NCBI GenBank assembly: GCA_016840855.1
Contig: JAEORO010000005.1
Coordinates: forward strand, 1-13,857
Origin: Candidatus Thorarchaeota archaeon
GTDB taxonomy: Archaea > Asgardarchaeota > Thorarchaeia > Thorarchaeales > Thorarchaeaceae
Direction: 5' to 3'
Length of the DNA stretch: 13,857 nucleotides
The notes beneath the pieces are model-generated. The model searched no databases. It saw only the letters and a list, made by a program, of their open reading frames with translations, and was not told the DNA's origin. Within the stretch, counting starts at the first letter, position 1. Each line of letters starts with the position of its first letter. The position numbers and the translations under genes were made by a program. Shown here one piece after another: positions 1 through 7,611 of the stretch.

Positions 1-178
1 CATGCGGTCCAAGAAATCTAATTGTGCCGCCCACTCGAACATCTGCGCTAATCTCATCGCCTAACCACTGAAGCATGATGATTGGATCTAGGAATTTCTC
101 CCAGACCTCCTCCAAAGGTCTGGAAACACGAATCCGCAAATGAATAACAGGGAGGACATCTTCCTTCTGCTCCGCCAC
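1..178 (-). CDS. SRPBCC/START/AHSA1-like domain protein, N-terminal part (runs off the left edge)
   Basis: Manual translation from GTG at 178-176 gives MAEQKEDVLPVIHLRIRVSRPLEEVWEKFLDPIIMLQWLGDEISADVRVGGTIRFLGPH (59 codons, no stop). The PxExVW...DP..x.xW...DxRVGG..RF pattern is typical of SRPBCC/AHSA1 proteins. A GAGGTAGAGG SD-like site lies just upstream. Not in the ORF track. Confidence 0.75.
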   Translation of the reverse strand, partial: MAEQKEDVLPVIHLRIRVSRPLEEVWEKFLDPIIMLQWLGDEISADVRVGGTIRFLGPH

Positions 179-237
179 TTTCCTCTACCTCGTGTGTTGT
201 TTTCTGTTGTCATCAAGCCTTATCTTTCTGATGGTGG

Positions 238-266
238 ACACTTTTTTCATGACAAATGAAAAGTGT
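238..266. other. Intergenic hairpin downstream of the KAS III-like gene (possible terminator or processing site)
   Basis: ACAC-TT-TTTTCAT-gacaa-ATGAAAA-GTGT: 7-bp stem, 2-nt bulge, then 4 bp, starting 15 nt after the stop at 281. No U-tract follows on the minus strand. Confidence 0.3.
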
Positions 267-280
267 ATGAATGAGGATTC

Positions 281-1324
281 TTACTCCAATGGACCCCACT
301 TTATAGTCATTGCGTTCCATGACCAACCAATCCCAGCAGCTGTCAAAACTACCAAATCGCCATCCTTTAGTTTCCCACTCTTGATACCTTCTTCAAGAGA
401 CACAATTGCATCATTCTGTCCCATGTGACCCCATTCTTCGAAGTATGTGGATTGCCTATAAGGATCCACTCCAAGTTCATTAGCGACATATTCGAAGGCA
501 CTTCTCTTCATTCTGAGTAGACCTAGGTAATCAATATCACTTCGCGTATAGCCACTCTTTTCCAGTGAGTCATCAACGACCTTGAGAAAGTTCTGCATAG
601 AGAGTCTATCCAGTCTTTCTTTAAGTCCATCAGGATCTGTGACATCAAGATAGATGAGTTTCTTTTCAATTGCGTCACAGGTTATTGGCATCACTGTCCC
701 TCCTGCTGGAACATACACATCCTCAGAGAATTGGCCATCGGATATTACACTTCCTTCAAGAACAACATTCCGATTGTAATCAGACCTGAGAATTAGCGCA
801 ACACCACTCGCGGCAAGGTCATGCATGAAACGTGTTCGAATATTCTCATAATCTATGAGGTCCGAATTTCGATAGCCGCTCCCAATGATAATTCGTTTGT
901 AACCATGTGTCAACATAAGTGCCTTAGCAAGTATCATTGCAACCACAATAGTTCCGCATCTCTGATTCACGTCAAAAGCCCAAGCATTCATCGCTCCTAT
1001 CTCATTTTGGAATTTGATAGCATAAGTCTGCATTGGATGTTCAGCATATACCTCACCAGCCCAAATCACAACATCAATGTCCTCTGCAGGGTTGATGCCA
1101 GCTCTTTCAATAGCAATCTTTGCAGCCTTAACACCCATTGCAACTGTATGATCATCCTTGCCCGGTACCGCTTTGCTCTTCAGACCCATTTTTGTTTCCA
1201 ATATCTCAACAGGAGTACCTGATTTGCTTGAGATATATTCAGCTGTGTGTCTTTCCTTTGGGATATATGTCCCAATTGCTTCAATTCCTACTGTTATACT
1301 CTCTACCACTATCTTCACCTTCAC
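281..1324 (-). CDS. 3-oxoacyl-ACP synthase III (FabH-fold)-like protein with non-canonical active site (KAS III-like 1)
   Basis: Motifs GIEAIGTYIP, AWAFDVNQRCGT (Cys123), DIDYLGLLRMK (Arg271 at the His position), WGHMGQND (His300/Asp305), LKDGDLVVLTAAGIGWSW. The GTGA start overlaps the upstream stop; an alternative GTG at 1309 has an AGGTGA SD-like site. Confidence 0.9.
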   Translation of the reverse strand: MKVKIVVESITVGIEAIGTYIPKERHTAEYISSKSGTPVEILETKMGLKSKAVPGKDDHTVAMGVKAAKIAIERAGINPAEDIDVVIWAGEVYAEHPMQTYAIKFQNEIGAMNAWAFDVNQRCGTIVVAMILAKALMLTHGYKRIIIGSGYRNSDLIDYENIRTRFMHDLAASGVALILRSDYNRNVVLEGSVISDGQFSEDVYVPAGGTVMPITCDAIEKKLIYLDVTDPDGLKERLDRLSMQNFLKVVDDSLEKSGYTRSDIDYLGLLRMKRSAFEYVANELGVDPYRQSTYFEEWGHMGQNDAIVSLEEGIKSGKLKDGDLVVLTAAGIGWSWNAMTIKWGPLE

Positions 1325-2850
1325 TTTACTAGATCACGTTTCAAAATCTTCCCTGCAGCACTCTTGGGGAGCTCATCTCTGAATTCATATTCCTTCGGAA
1401 TTTTATATCTCGCAAGCTTTCCATTGAGATACTCCAGTATCTCTTCACCAGTGAGTGTTTTACTTGGCTTTAATACAATGAATGCTTTGCCCACTTCGCC
1501 CCATTTTTCATTTGAAATACCAACTACAGCAGCTTCAAGTATTGCTGGATGCTTGTAAAGCAATTCCTCTATTTCTGTGGGATAGACATTCTCGCCTCCT
1601 GAAATGAACATATCTTTCTTTCTACCTGTTATGAAGTAAAACCCTTCATCATCCTTCATTGCTAAGTCCCCAGTATGGACCCATCCATCAGGCTCAATCG
1701 TTTTTTGGGTCTCCTCTGGTTCATCCCAATATTCAGAGAATATGTGCGGACCTCGTAACAGCAATTCACCAATTTCCCCTAAAGGAACCTCGACATTGTA
1801 ATTGTCAATGATCTTCATATCACAATGAAAAACTGGAAAACCAACAGAACTCGGTTTGTACTTGACCTGATCTTCCGGGAGATAGAAATTATTCGGACCA
1901 ACCTCTGTAAGACCATAACCCATCTTGAGTATCTTATCACGCGCCCAGTATTTTTCCATGATAGCTACAGGACAAGGAGCACCACCACTGATGAATACAC
2001 GAACACTATCAAAGTTGGTTTCTGAGAATCTAGGAGACTCAGACATCATGTTGAACATGGTTGGAACGGCAACCACAATGGAGCATTTCTCATTCTCGAT
2101 GATTTTCAATGTTTCATCCGCATTGAAATCACCCATAATTATAGACTTAGCACCCAAGTGAATGAAGGGGATCAAAAGCACATTGATTCCGCCAGTATGA
2201 AAGAGCGGAAAAAGTAATGGTTGAATGTCATCGGGTCTTAGACCCCATGAAACTATTGTATTTACTGAATTCCAGAATACAAGACCATGTGAAAGCACCG
2301 CACCTTTAGGAAGTCCTGTAGTACCTCCAGTAAAGACAATGAGATAAGGATCATCTAGTGATAGTGATGGTCGTTCTACAGCAGTGGATGATTTTTTATT
2401 CATGAGTGAGTTGATATCAGGATCTAAGCCAAATGACTTCTCACCTAAAACAACAATTGGTTTCTTTTCAAGGAAGGAACGAAATTCATTAAACTGGCTC
2501 TTCAAGTCAGGATCATATATGAACAGGGAAGGATTCGTTTTATTGATCAGGTATTCAATCTCAGTTCTAGTAAGTCTAACGTTGAATGGAGTAAGCACAG
2601 CTCCGATTTTTCCACATGCAAAGAGAACATCAAGAAAGTCGAATCTATTCTTGGAGTAAATTCCCACTCTGTCACCCTTTTGCACACCGGAGTCGAGCAG
2701 CATTCTAGCCACTTTATTAGCATGATAATCTACTTCTTCGAATGTATATTTCTTCTTGCGAATGTTATCAACCATTGCTTCTTTTTTAGGCGTAAGCAAT
2801 GATCGTCTTGCGGTCCAATCTCCAATCCATGACCAATCTTTCAGGTCCAT
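1321..2850 (-). CDS. Long-chain fatty acid/acyl-CoA ligase (ANL adenylate-forming superfamily), paralog 1
   Basis: Motifs FTGGTTGLPKGA, PLFHTGG, GYGLTE, HTGD, RKKDMFISGGENVYP, KIPK, GKILKR. I moved the start from the track's GTG at 2871 to ATG at 2850 because GGAGG lies 7 nt upstream. Confidence 0.93.
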   Translation of the reverse strand: MDLKDWSWIGDWTARRSLLTPKKEAMVDNIRKKKYTFEEVDYHANKVARMLLDSGVQKGDRVGIYSKNRFDFLDVLFACGKIGAVLTPFNVRLTRTEIEYLINKTNPSLFIYDPDLKSQFNEFRSFLEKKPIVVLGEKSFGLDPDINSLMNKKSSTAVERPSLSLDDPYLIVFTGGTTGLPKGAVLSHGLVFWNSVNTIVSWGLRPDDIQPLLFPLFHTGGINVLLIPFIHLGAKSIIMGDFNADETLKIIENEKCSIVVAVPTMFNMMSESPRFSETNFDSVRVFISGGAPCPVAIMEKYWARDKILKMGYGLTEVGPNNFYLPEDQVKYKPSSVGFPVFHCDMKIIDNYNVEVPLGEIGELLLRGPHIFSEYWDEPEETQKTIEPDGWVHTGDLAMKDDEGFYFITGRKKDMFISGGENVYPTEIEELLYKHPAILEAAVVGISNEKWGEVGKAFIVLKPSKTLTGEEILEYLNGKLARYKIPKEYEFRDELPKSAAGKILKRDLVK

Positions 2851-2876
2851 TTCACAGCCTCCAGTTGACACGGCAT

Positions 2877-2902
2877 GAAGACTTTATCAAGTATTAGTCT
2901 TC
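2877..2902. promoter_or_regulatory. Candidate operator, inverted repeat GAAGACT-N12-AGTCTTC
   Basis: Perfect 7-bp arms in the divergent intergenic region, 27-52 nt upstream of the ligase 1 ATG. Confidence 0.4.
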
Positions 2903-2956
2903 CTAAAGATAAACAATCTGTATCATCTCGAAATTCTGAACTAACTTTACCAAATT

Positions 2957-2973
2957 CCAAAAGATATATTATT
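2957..2973 (+). promoter_or_regulatory. Candidate archaeal-type promoter (purine-rich BRE + TATA) for the ABC operon
   Basis: CCAAAAGA followed by TATATTATT about 62-78 nt upstream of the TTG start at 3035. Sequence pattern only. Confidence 0.35.
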
Positions 2974-2999
2974 CGCCTGAATGGTCTTCACTGGGGAAA

Positions 3000-3011
3000 T
3001 CCAATTTTGGA
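3000..3011. promoter_or_regulatory. Short palindrome TCCAA-TT-TTGGA near the predicted transcription start
   Basis: 5-bp arms about 30 nt downstream of the TATA-like box. TTCCAAAA (2955-2962) is also the reverse complement of TTTTGGAA (3005-3012). Confidence 0.25.
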
Positions 3012-3034
3012 AATAGTATGAGAAGGAAGTCGAA

Positions 3035-3829
3035 TTGTCTTCAAAGAATGATATTATCCTAAGTACAAGCGGATTAACCAAAAGTTTTGGCGGACTTGTT
3101 GCTGTTAATAATGTATCACTTGATGTCGAAAAAGGGTCGATAAAGGCAATCATTGGTCCGAATGGTTCAGGTAAAACGACTTTCTTTAATCTGATTACAG
3201 GGGTCTTTCCTCCTTCGTCAGGACACATCTTTTTTGAAGGTCGAAACATAACTCGCTCAGCGATGCATCATCGGACACGACTAGGAATATCACGGTCGTA
3301 TCAGATTACTAACATATTCCCATATCAGACAACATTTGAGAATATACGATTAGCCGTTCAAGGATGCAGTGGTGCAAGAGTTAACTTCTTCGGAATGCTA
3401 AAGGAGGCAAGCTCATATGATAAGTTCCATGAGAAAGTCTTGGATATTGCTACCATCGTAGGTCTTGACCCTACAAGACTTTACGTCCCTGCTGCTCTGA
3501 TACCTCACGCTGAACAAAGAAAGCTTGAGATTGCGATGGCTCTTGCTACCGAACCACGACTCCTCTTACTGGATGAACCAGCTGCTGGAATGGCTATTGA
3601 GGAGATTCCAGATGTCATTAATGCTATTTTGAGAGTCAAGGAATCGTATGGTGAACGACTTACGCTATTAGTCGTTGAACACAAGATGGACATTGTTATG
3701 AATCTCAGCGAAGAGATTTTTGTTCTTTCAGAAGGGAAGATGATAGCACAAGGGTCTCCCAAGGAGATCCAAGAGAATGAACAAGTATTGACAGCATACC
3801 TAGGTGGTACAGATGAAAAACTTGCTTGA
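3035..3829 (+). CDS. livG: HAAT-family (branched-chain amino acid type) ABC transporter ATP-binding protein, LivG-like
   Basis: GLTKSFGGLVAVNNVS, Walker A GPNGSGKTT, RSYQ Q-loop, Walker B LLLLDEP, H-loop VEH, C-terminal AYLG. TTG start with AAGGAAG upstream. The symbol is family-level only; the substrate is unknown. Confidence 0.92.
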   Translation: MSSKNDIILSTSGLTKSFGGLVAVNNVSLDVEKGSIKAIIGPNGSGKTTFFNLITGVFPPSSGHIFFEGRNITRSAMHHRTRLGISRSYQITNIFPYQTTFENIRLAVQGCSGARVNFFGMLKEASSYDKFHEKVLDIATIVGLDPTRLYVPAALIPHAEQRKLEIAMALATEPRLLLLDEPAAGMAIEEIPDVINAILRVKESYGERLTLLVVEHKMDIVMNLSEEIFVLSEGKMIAQGSPKEIQENEQVLTAYLGGTDEKLA

Positions 3830-4532
3830 AATACAAAATGCTCACGTGTACATTGGTTCCTTTTACATCTTGCAAGGAATCTCGTTAGTTGTTCCTAAAG
3901 GAGAAGTCACCTTATTGCTTGGTAGAAATGGCTCTGGGAAAACTACTACTATGAAATCTATACTCGGTATATACCCTCCAAAACAAGGAAAGATCATTTT
4001 CAAGGGTGAGGACATTTCTAATCTTCCAACTCATAAAATAGTGAATAAGGGTATGGGATATGTCCCTGATACTCGACGGATATTTGGGACATTGACAGTT
4101 GAACAGAATCTAATTGTGTCGATGAGGAAAGGAAGCTCGCGAGAAGCTATGCATGACCGATTGAACCTAATCTTTGACTTGTTTCCTGATATGGAGGGGT
4201 TTATGAAACAGAGAGCAGGAACTCTATCAGGCGGTCAGCAACAAATGCTTGCTGTAGCAAGAGCATTGATGAATCAAAATGATTTATTGTTGATTGATGA
4301 ACCAACTGAAGGTTTGAGTCCTCTTCTAGCAAAGAACTTAATCAACTCTCTGAATAGGCTAAAGGAATTTGCCACCATATTACTGGTCGAACAGAATTTT
4401 CGTGCAGTGTCCAAGCTAGGTGATAACTACTACATTTTCGATAATGGAAAGATCGTTCATGAAGGGAACAACATGGCTGCGTTAGTAGAAGACAAAGCAC
4501 TTGTTGCGCAATATTTAGGGGTGAGCATCTGA
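3813..4532 (+). CDS. livF: HAAT-family ABC transporter ATP-binding protein, LivF-like
   Basis: Walker A GRNGSGKTT, YVPDTRRIF, signature LSGGQQQM, LLIDEPTEGL, VEQN, YLGV. ATG at 3813 (GGTGG upstream) is preferred over the track's GTG at 3804. It overlaps the end of livG. Confidence 0.92.
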   Translation: MKNLLEIQNAHVYIGSFYILQGISLVVPKGEVTLLLGRNGSGKTTTMKSILGIYPPKQGKIIFKGEDISNLPTHKIVNKGMGYVPDTRRIFGTLTVEQNLIVSMRKGSSREAMHDRLNLIFDLFPDMEGFMKQRAGTLSGGQQQMLAVARALMNQNDLLLIDEPTEGLSPLLAKNLINSLNRLKEFATILLVEQNFRAVSKLGDNYYIFDNGKIVHEGNNMAALVEDKALVAQYLGVSI

Positions 4533-5773
4533 TGACAAAGGAAAAAGAGAGATTCTCTTTTCAGGACTATTTAGAGAGAAATCCACAAGTCAGAAATAGA
4601 CTTCTGTCGACAATCGTTCTCATAGTATTAGCAACTCTATTAGTTGTAGCGGCTGTATTCAATGATAGACCTGTATCGGCAGCCGCTCTCATAGTGATGG
4701 CAATTCTGTTGGTTATAGGAGCGATAGCTAATAAAAGAATTGTATCGGTAATCGTTCTCGTAGTGTTAGCAGCCCTATTGGTTGTAATTGCGATAGATGT
4801 CTACACTTGGCAAGGATTTGTTGAAAAGGGTAGTAAATCGCTGGTTAATGGTCTTGCGCTCAGCATGTTACTCTTTCTGATGGTGTCTGGCTTTTTCTTA
4901 ATCTTTGGCCTTTGTGATGTCATTAATTTTGCTCATGGTGCTTTCTTTATGTTGGGAGGCTTTTTGGGTTATGTAATCTATATTCAGACTGAGGCAATTT
5001 TCCTTGATCCCAGTTTACCGTTCAACATCATCTTTGGAGCCAATAATTTTGTTATGTCAGCTACAGCTTTTGGTATAAGTATCATTGGAGCTACTACAAT
5101 TATGGCTCTTATCGGTGGAGGAATAGAGGTCTTTACGATTCGACGACTCTATGGGAACCCTATCGCTCAGATACTACTAACAGTTGGGTTTATGGTTATT
5201 ATTTCACAGATTGCGGAGATAATCTGGGGGCCTCCACAATTCTCCTATTTCATTATTCCAGATTCGCAAATAAACTACTTTTTCATAATGGGTGTCCTTG
5301 ATCTAGGAGGAGGGATAATATTTCCACTTTATCGTATTTTCCTAATTTTCCTAGGATTTGCAGTTGCTGGAATAATGTTCGTAGGGTTCAAGAAGACTCG
5401 TATCGGACTCCAAATACAAGCGGGTATAGAAGATTCAGAGATGGTTGAAGCGTTAGGAACGGATATCAGAAAATTGTTTACAATTGTGTTTATGTTAGGT
5501 GCAGGCCTTGCAGGACTTTCAGGAGCAGTCCTGGTCCCTTGGATTGGTGCGAACTCAGGGCATGGTCTTACCTATCTAATCTACGCATTTGTCATAGTTG
5601 TTGTAGGGGGGGCTCATTATGGGCGCTTTGAAGGGACATTTTTTGGCGCCTTGATAGTAGGCTTATCAATTCAATTTACATCATATTTCATTCCATTTCT
5701 TGAGAACATTATTGTGTTTATAATAATGGTCGTGATTCTGATAATAAGACCAGGAGGTCTGACAGGAACATGA
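4532..5773 (+). CDS. livH: HAAT-family ABC transporter permease, LivH-like, with N-terminal TM extension
   Basis: NGLALSMLLFLMVSGFFLIFGLCDVINFAHGAFFMLG, TRIGLQIQAGIEDSEMVEALG, AFVIVVVGG, RPGGL. TGATG coupling to livF. Confidence 0.92.
   Translation: MTKEKERFSFQDYLERNPQVRNRLLSTIVLIVLATLLVVAAVFNDRPVSAAALIVMAILLVIGAIANKRIVSVIVLVVLAALLVVIAIDVYTWQGFVEKGSKSLVNGLALSMLLFLMVSGFFLIFGLCDVINFAHGAFFMLGGFLGYVIYIQTEAIFLDPSLPFNIIFGANNFVMSATAFGISIIGATTIMALIGGGIEVFTIRRLYGNPIAQILLTVGFMVIISQIAEIIWGPPQFSYFIIPDSQINYFFIMGVLDLGGGIIFPLYRIFLIFLGFAVAGIMFVGFKKTRIGLQIQAGIEDSEMVEALGTDIRKLFTIVFMLGAGLAGLSGAVLVPWIGANSGHGLTYLIYAFVIVVVGGAHYGRFEGTFFGALIVGLSIQFTSYFIPFLENIIVFIIMVVILIIRPGGLTGT
4595..4801 (+). repeat. Degenerate 3 x 69-bp (23-aa) tandem repeat, each unit encoding one hydrophobic helix
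   Basis: Units NRLLSTIVLIVLATLLVVAAVFN (4595-4663), DRPVSAAALIVMAILLVIGAIAN (4664-4732), KRIVSVIVLVVLAALLVVIAIDV (4733-4801). Ungapped hand counts give 47/69, 47/69 and 46/69 nt identities. Confidence 0.85.
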
Positions 5774-7611
5774 GGAACGAATATAGTAATGGAAGTGGGT
5801 CGCGTTTACGAGATAAAGTGTATAGTATACCCTCGGTATTATCAAAGAATAGAACGTTCATAGCTATTCTCGCTTTTATGTACATGCTCCCATTGAGTAC
5901 AGCCGCAAGCACGTCTCCAGTTAGAACTCTAATTTACATATTGACGCGGATTATGATTCTTGGTCTTCTAGCAATGTCCTTTGATCTGCAGTTAGGAAGG
6001 GCATCACTTCTAAACTTCGGACATGTTGCACTTTTTGGTGTGAGTGCCTATGTCATGGCATTTACCTTAAATGCAGATTTTCTACCGCCACCTTTCAATC
6101 TTATAGCTGCGATACCATATCCCCTTACGATAGTTTTGGGAATTTTGGTTGGTGCTGGGCTAGGGTTGATAATGGGTCTTACAACTAGTCGAATGAGGGG
6201 GACAGCTTTCGCATTCATTGCTTTAGCGATTGCTATGTTTATCTATAATTTCTTTGCTCAAAACCCTGATATTTCTGGGGGCGAAACAGGACTAACGGTT
6301 CCAACTCCGGATCTTATTAGAACTGGTCCATTCTATTTGTTCTTTGTCGCAATTGCATTTGTATTTCTTGCAGCTTTTGTTGGAATGGTCATTCTATATT
6401 TGAAAAAACGACTGGACACCTTTGGTATAGTTTTAGTGGCTCCAGTTATGATTTCACTTTTAGGTGTTCTATTGGTAATTGGAACAAATATTCTTGGAAC
6501 TGTATTAGTTGCTCTAGCTTTTATTTTGATGATTTTTCTCTTCTGGTTTGAACGAGATACGACGGTTACTGATCCTCTTCAATACTCTGAAAGTCATGCA
6601 TATGCGTATGATGAGCACAAAACTAACATACTAACTGCCTATGCATTACCATTTATTGCAATACTAATTGCTTTGGCTGGGATAGCTCTTGCTTTCGGAG
6701 ACAATATTACTCAAATGGTTTCTTTGTGGATAGAAGATTCCTCCATTTTTTACTTCACTATTCCAGTACAGTACTATCTAGTATTAACCTGCCTTGTGAT
6801 AACTTACATCTTCATCAAACGATTGATAGCATCTCCCTTTGGTAGAATGGTTGCTGCTGTTGCTCAAAATGAGGAACGTGCTGAAGCATTGGGCTACAAT
6901 AGTTATCGCACCAAAATAGTTGTACTTGTTATAAGTGGAGCGATTGCTGGTCTCTCAGGAGCGTTGTATTCACCATATCTTAGAATCATTGATCCTGAAA
7001 CAACCTTAGGAGTAGGAATAACTATAGATGCAATGCTATTCACTATCATAGGAGGAATTGGCACATTATTTGGTCCACTTCTCGGAACAGGAGTAGTAGC
7101 GTATTCTGAGCTGAATCTTGTAGACTTCTTCACCGCAGTGCTAAACATGGATGGGAGATATTGGTTAGTTGGCTTGGGTATAATTTACATTGTCATTGTC
7201 CTATTCATGCCTCTTGGAATTGTCGGTTCCTCTGCGAGAAAGTTTAACTCTCTTAAAGGAAAACTTCAACGAATAACTTTCCAATTTAGGATAAAAGTAC
7301 GGCAATTTGAGTTAAAAACGAGGAGATTTGAGTTTGGGCTGAAGGATGTTGATTACTGGATCTTTGGATTATTGGGAACAATGGCTGTAATCCTTTTATT
7401 AACAGAGGACAGTAGATTTCTCCTTGTTTCTGTTGGGATATTTGGATTTCTGTTACTTGTTGGTTCACTACTGACAATAATTTTCAGAAGAGAGATTTGG
7501 TCAAAATTAAAATCATATGGCAGAAGGGTGAGGTTGAGATTAAGAGGGCTTGGTTCAAGATTGAAATCCCTTTTTGGAAAGAGAAGATTGAAACAAGAAG
7601 GAAGTGATTGA
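5770..7611 (+). CDS. livM: HAAT-family ABC transporter permease, LivM-like, with large insertion and C-terminal extension
   Basis: AMSFDLQLGRASLLNFGHVALFGVSAY, GGETGL, SPFGRMVAAVAQNEERAEALGY, IIGGIGTLFGPLLG, FMPLGIVG. 613 aa. ATGA coupling to livH. Confidence 0.9.
   Translation: MRNEYSNGSGSRLRDKVYSIPSVLSKNRTFIAILAFMYMLPLSTAASTSPVRTLIYILTRIMILGLLAMSFDLQLGRASLLNFGHVALFGVSAYVMAFTLNADFLPPPFNLIAAIPYPLTIVLGILVGAGLGLIMGLTTSRMRGTAFAFIALAIAMFIYNFFAQNPDISGGETGLTVPTPDLIRTGPFYLFFVAIAFVFLAAFVGMVILYLKKRLDTFGIVLVAPVMISLLGVLLVIGTNILGTVLVALAFILMIFLFWFERDTTVTDPLQYSESHAYAYDEHKTNILTAYALPFIAILIALAGIALAFGDNITQMVSLWIEDSSIFYFTIPVQYYLVLTCLVITYIFIKRLIASPFGRMVAAVAQNEERAEALGYNSYRTKIVVLVISGAIAGLSGALYSPYLRIIDPETTLGVGITIDAMLFTIIGGIGTLFGPLLGTGVVAYSELNLVDFFTAVLNMDGRYWLVGLGIIYIVIVLFMPLGIVGSSARKFNSLKGKLQRITFQFRIKVRQFELKTRRFEFGLKDVDYWIFGLLGTMAVILLLTEDSRFLLVSVGIFGFLLLVGSLLTIIFRREIWSKLKSYGRRVRLRLRGLGSRLKSLFGKRRLKQEGSD
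7282..7344 (+). repeat. Degenerate 3 x 21-bp (7-aa) repeat in the LivM C-terminal extension
   Basis: CAATTTAGGATAAAAGTACGG / CAATTTGAGTTAAAAACGAGG / AGATTTGAGTTTGGGCTGAAG, encoding QFRIKVR / QFELKTR / RFEFGLK. Confidence 0.55.

Noticed and set aside
3496-3520. Degenerate ABC signature IPHAEQR in the LivG-like ATPase
   Set aside because: LivG-type subunits normally have a diverged signature paired with the Gln-switch LivF site. This copy is somewhat more diverged but fits the known asymmetry.
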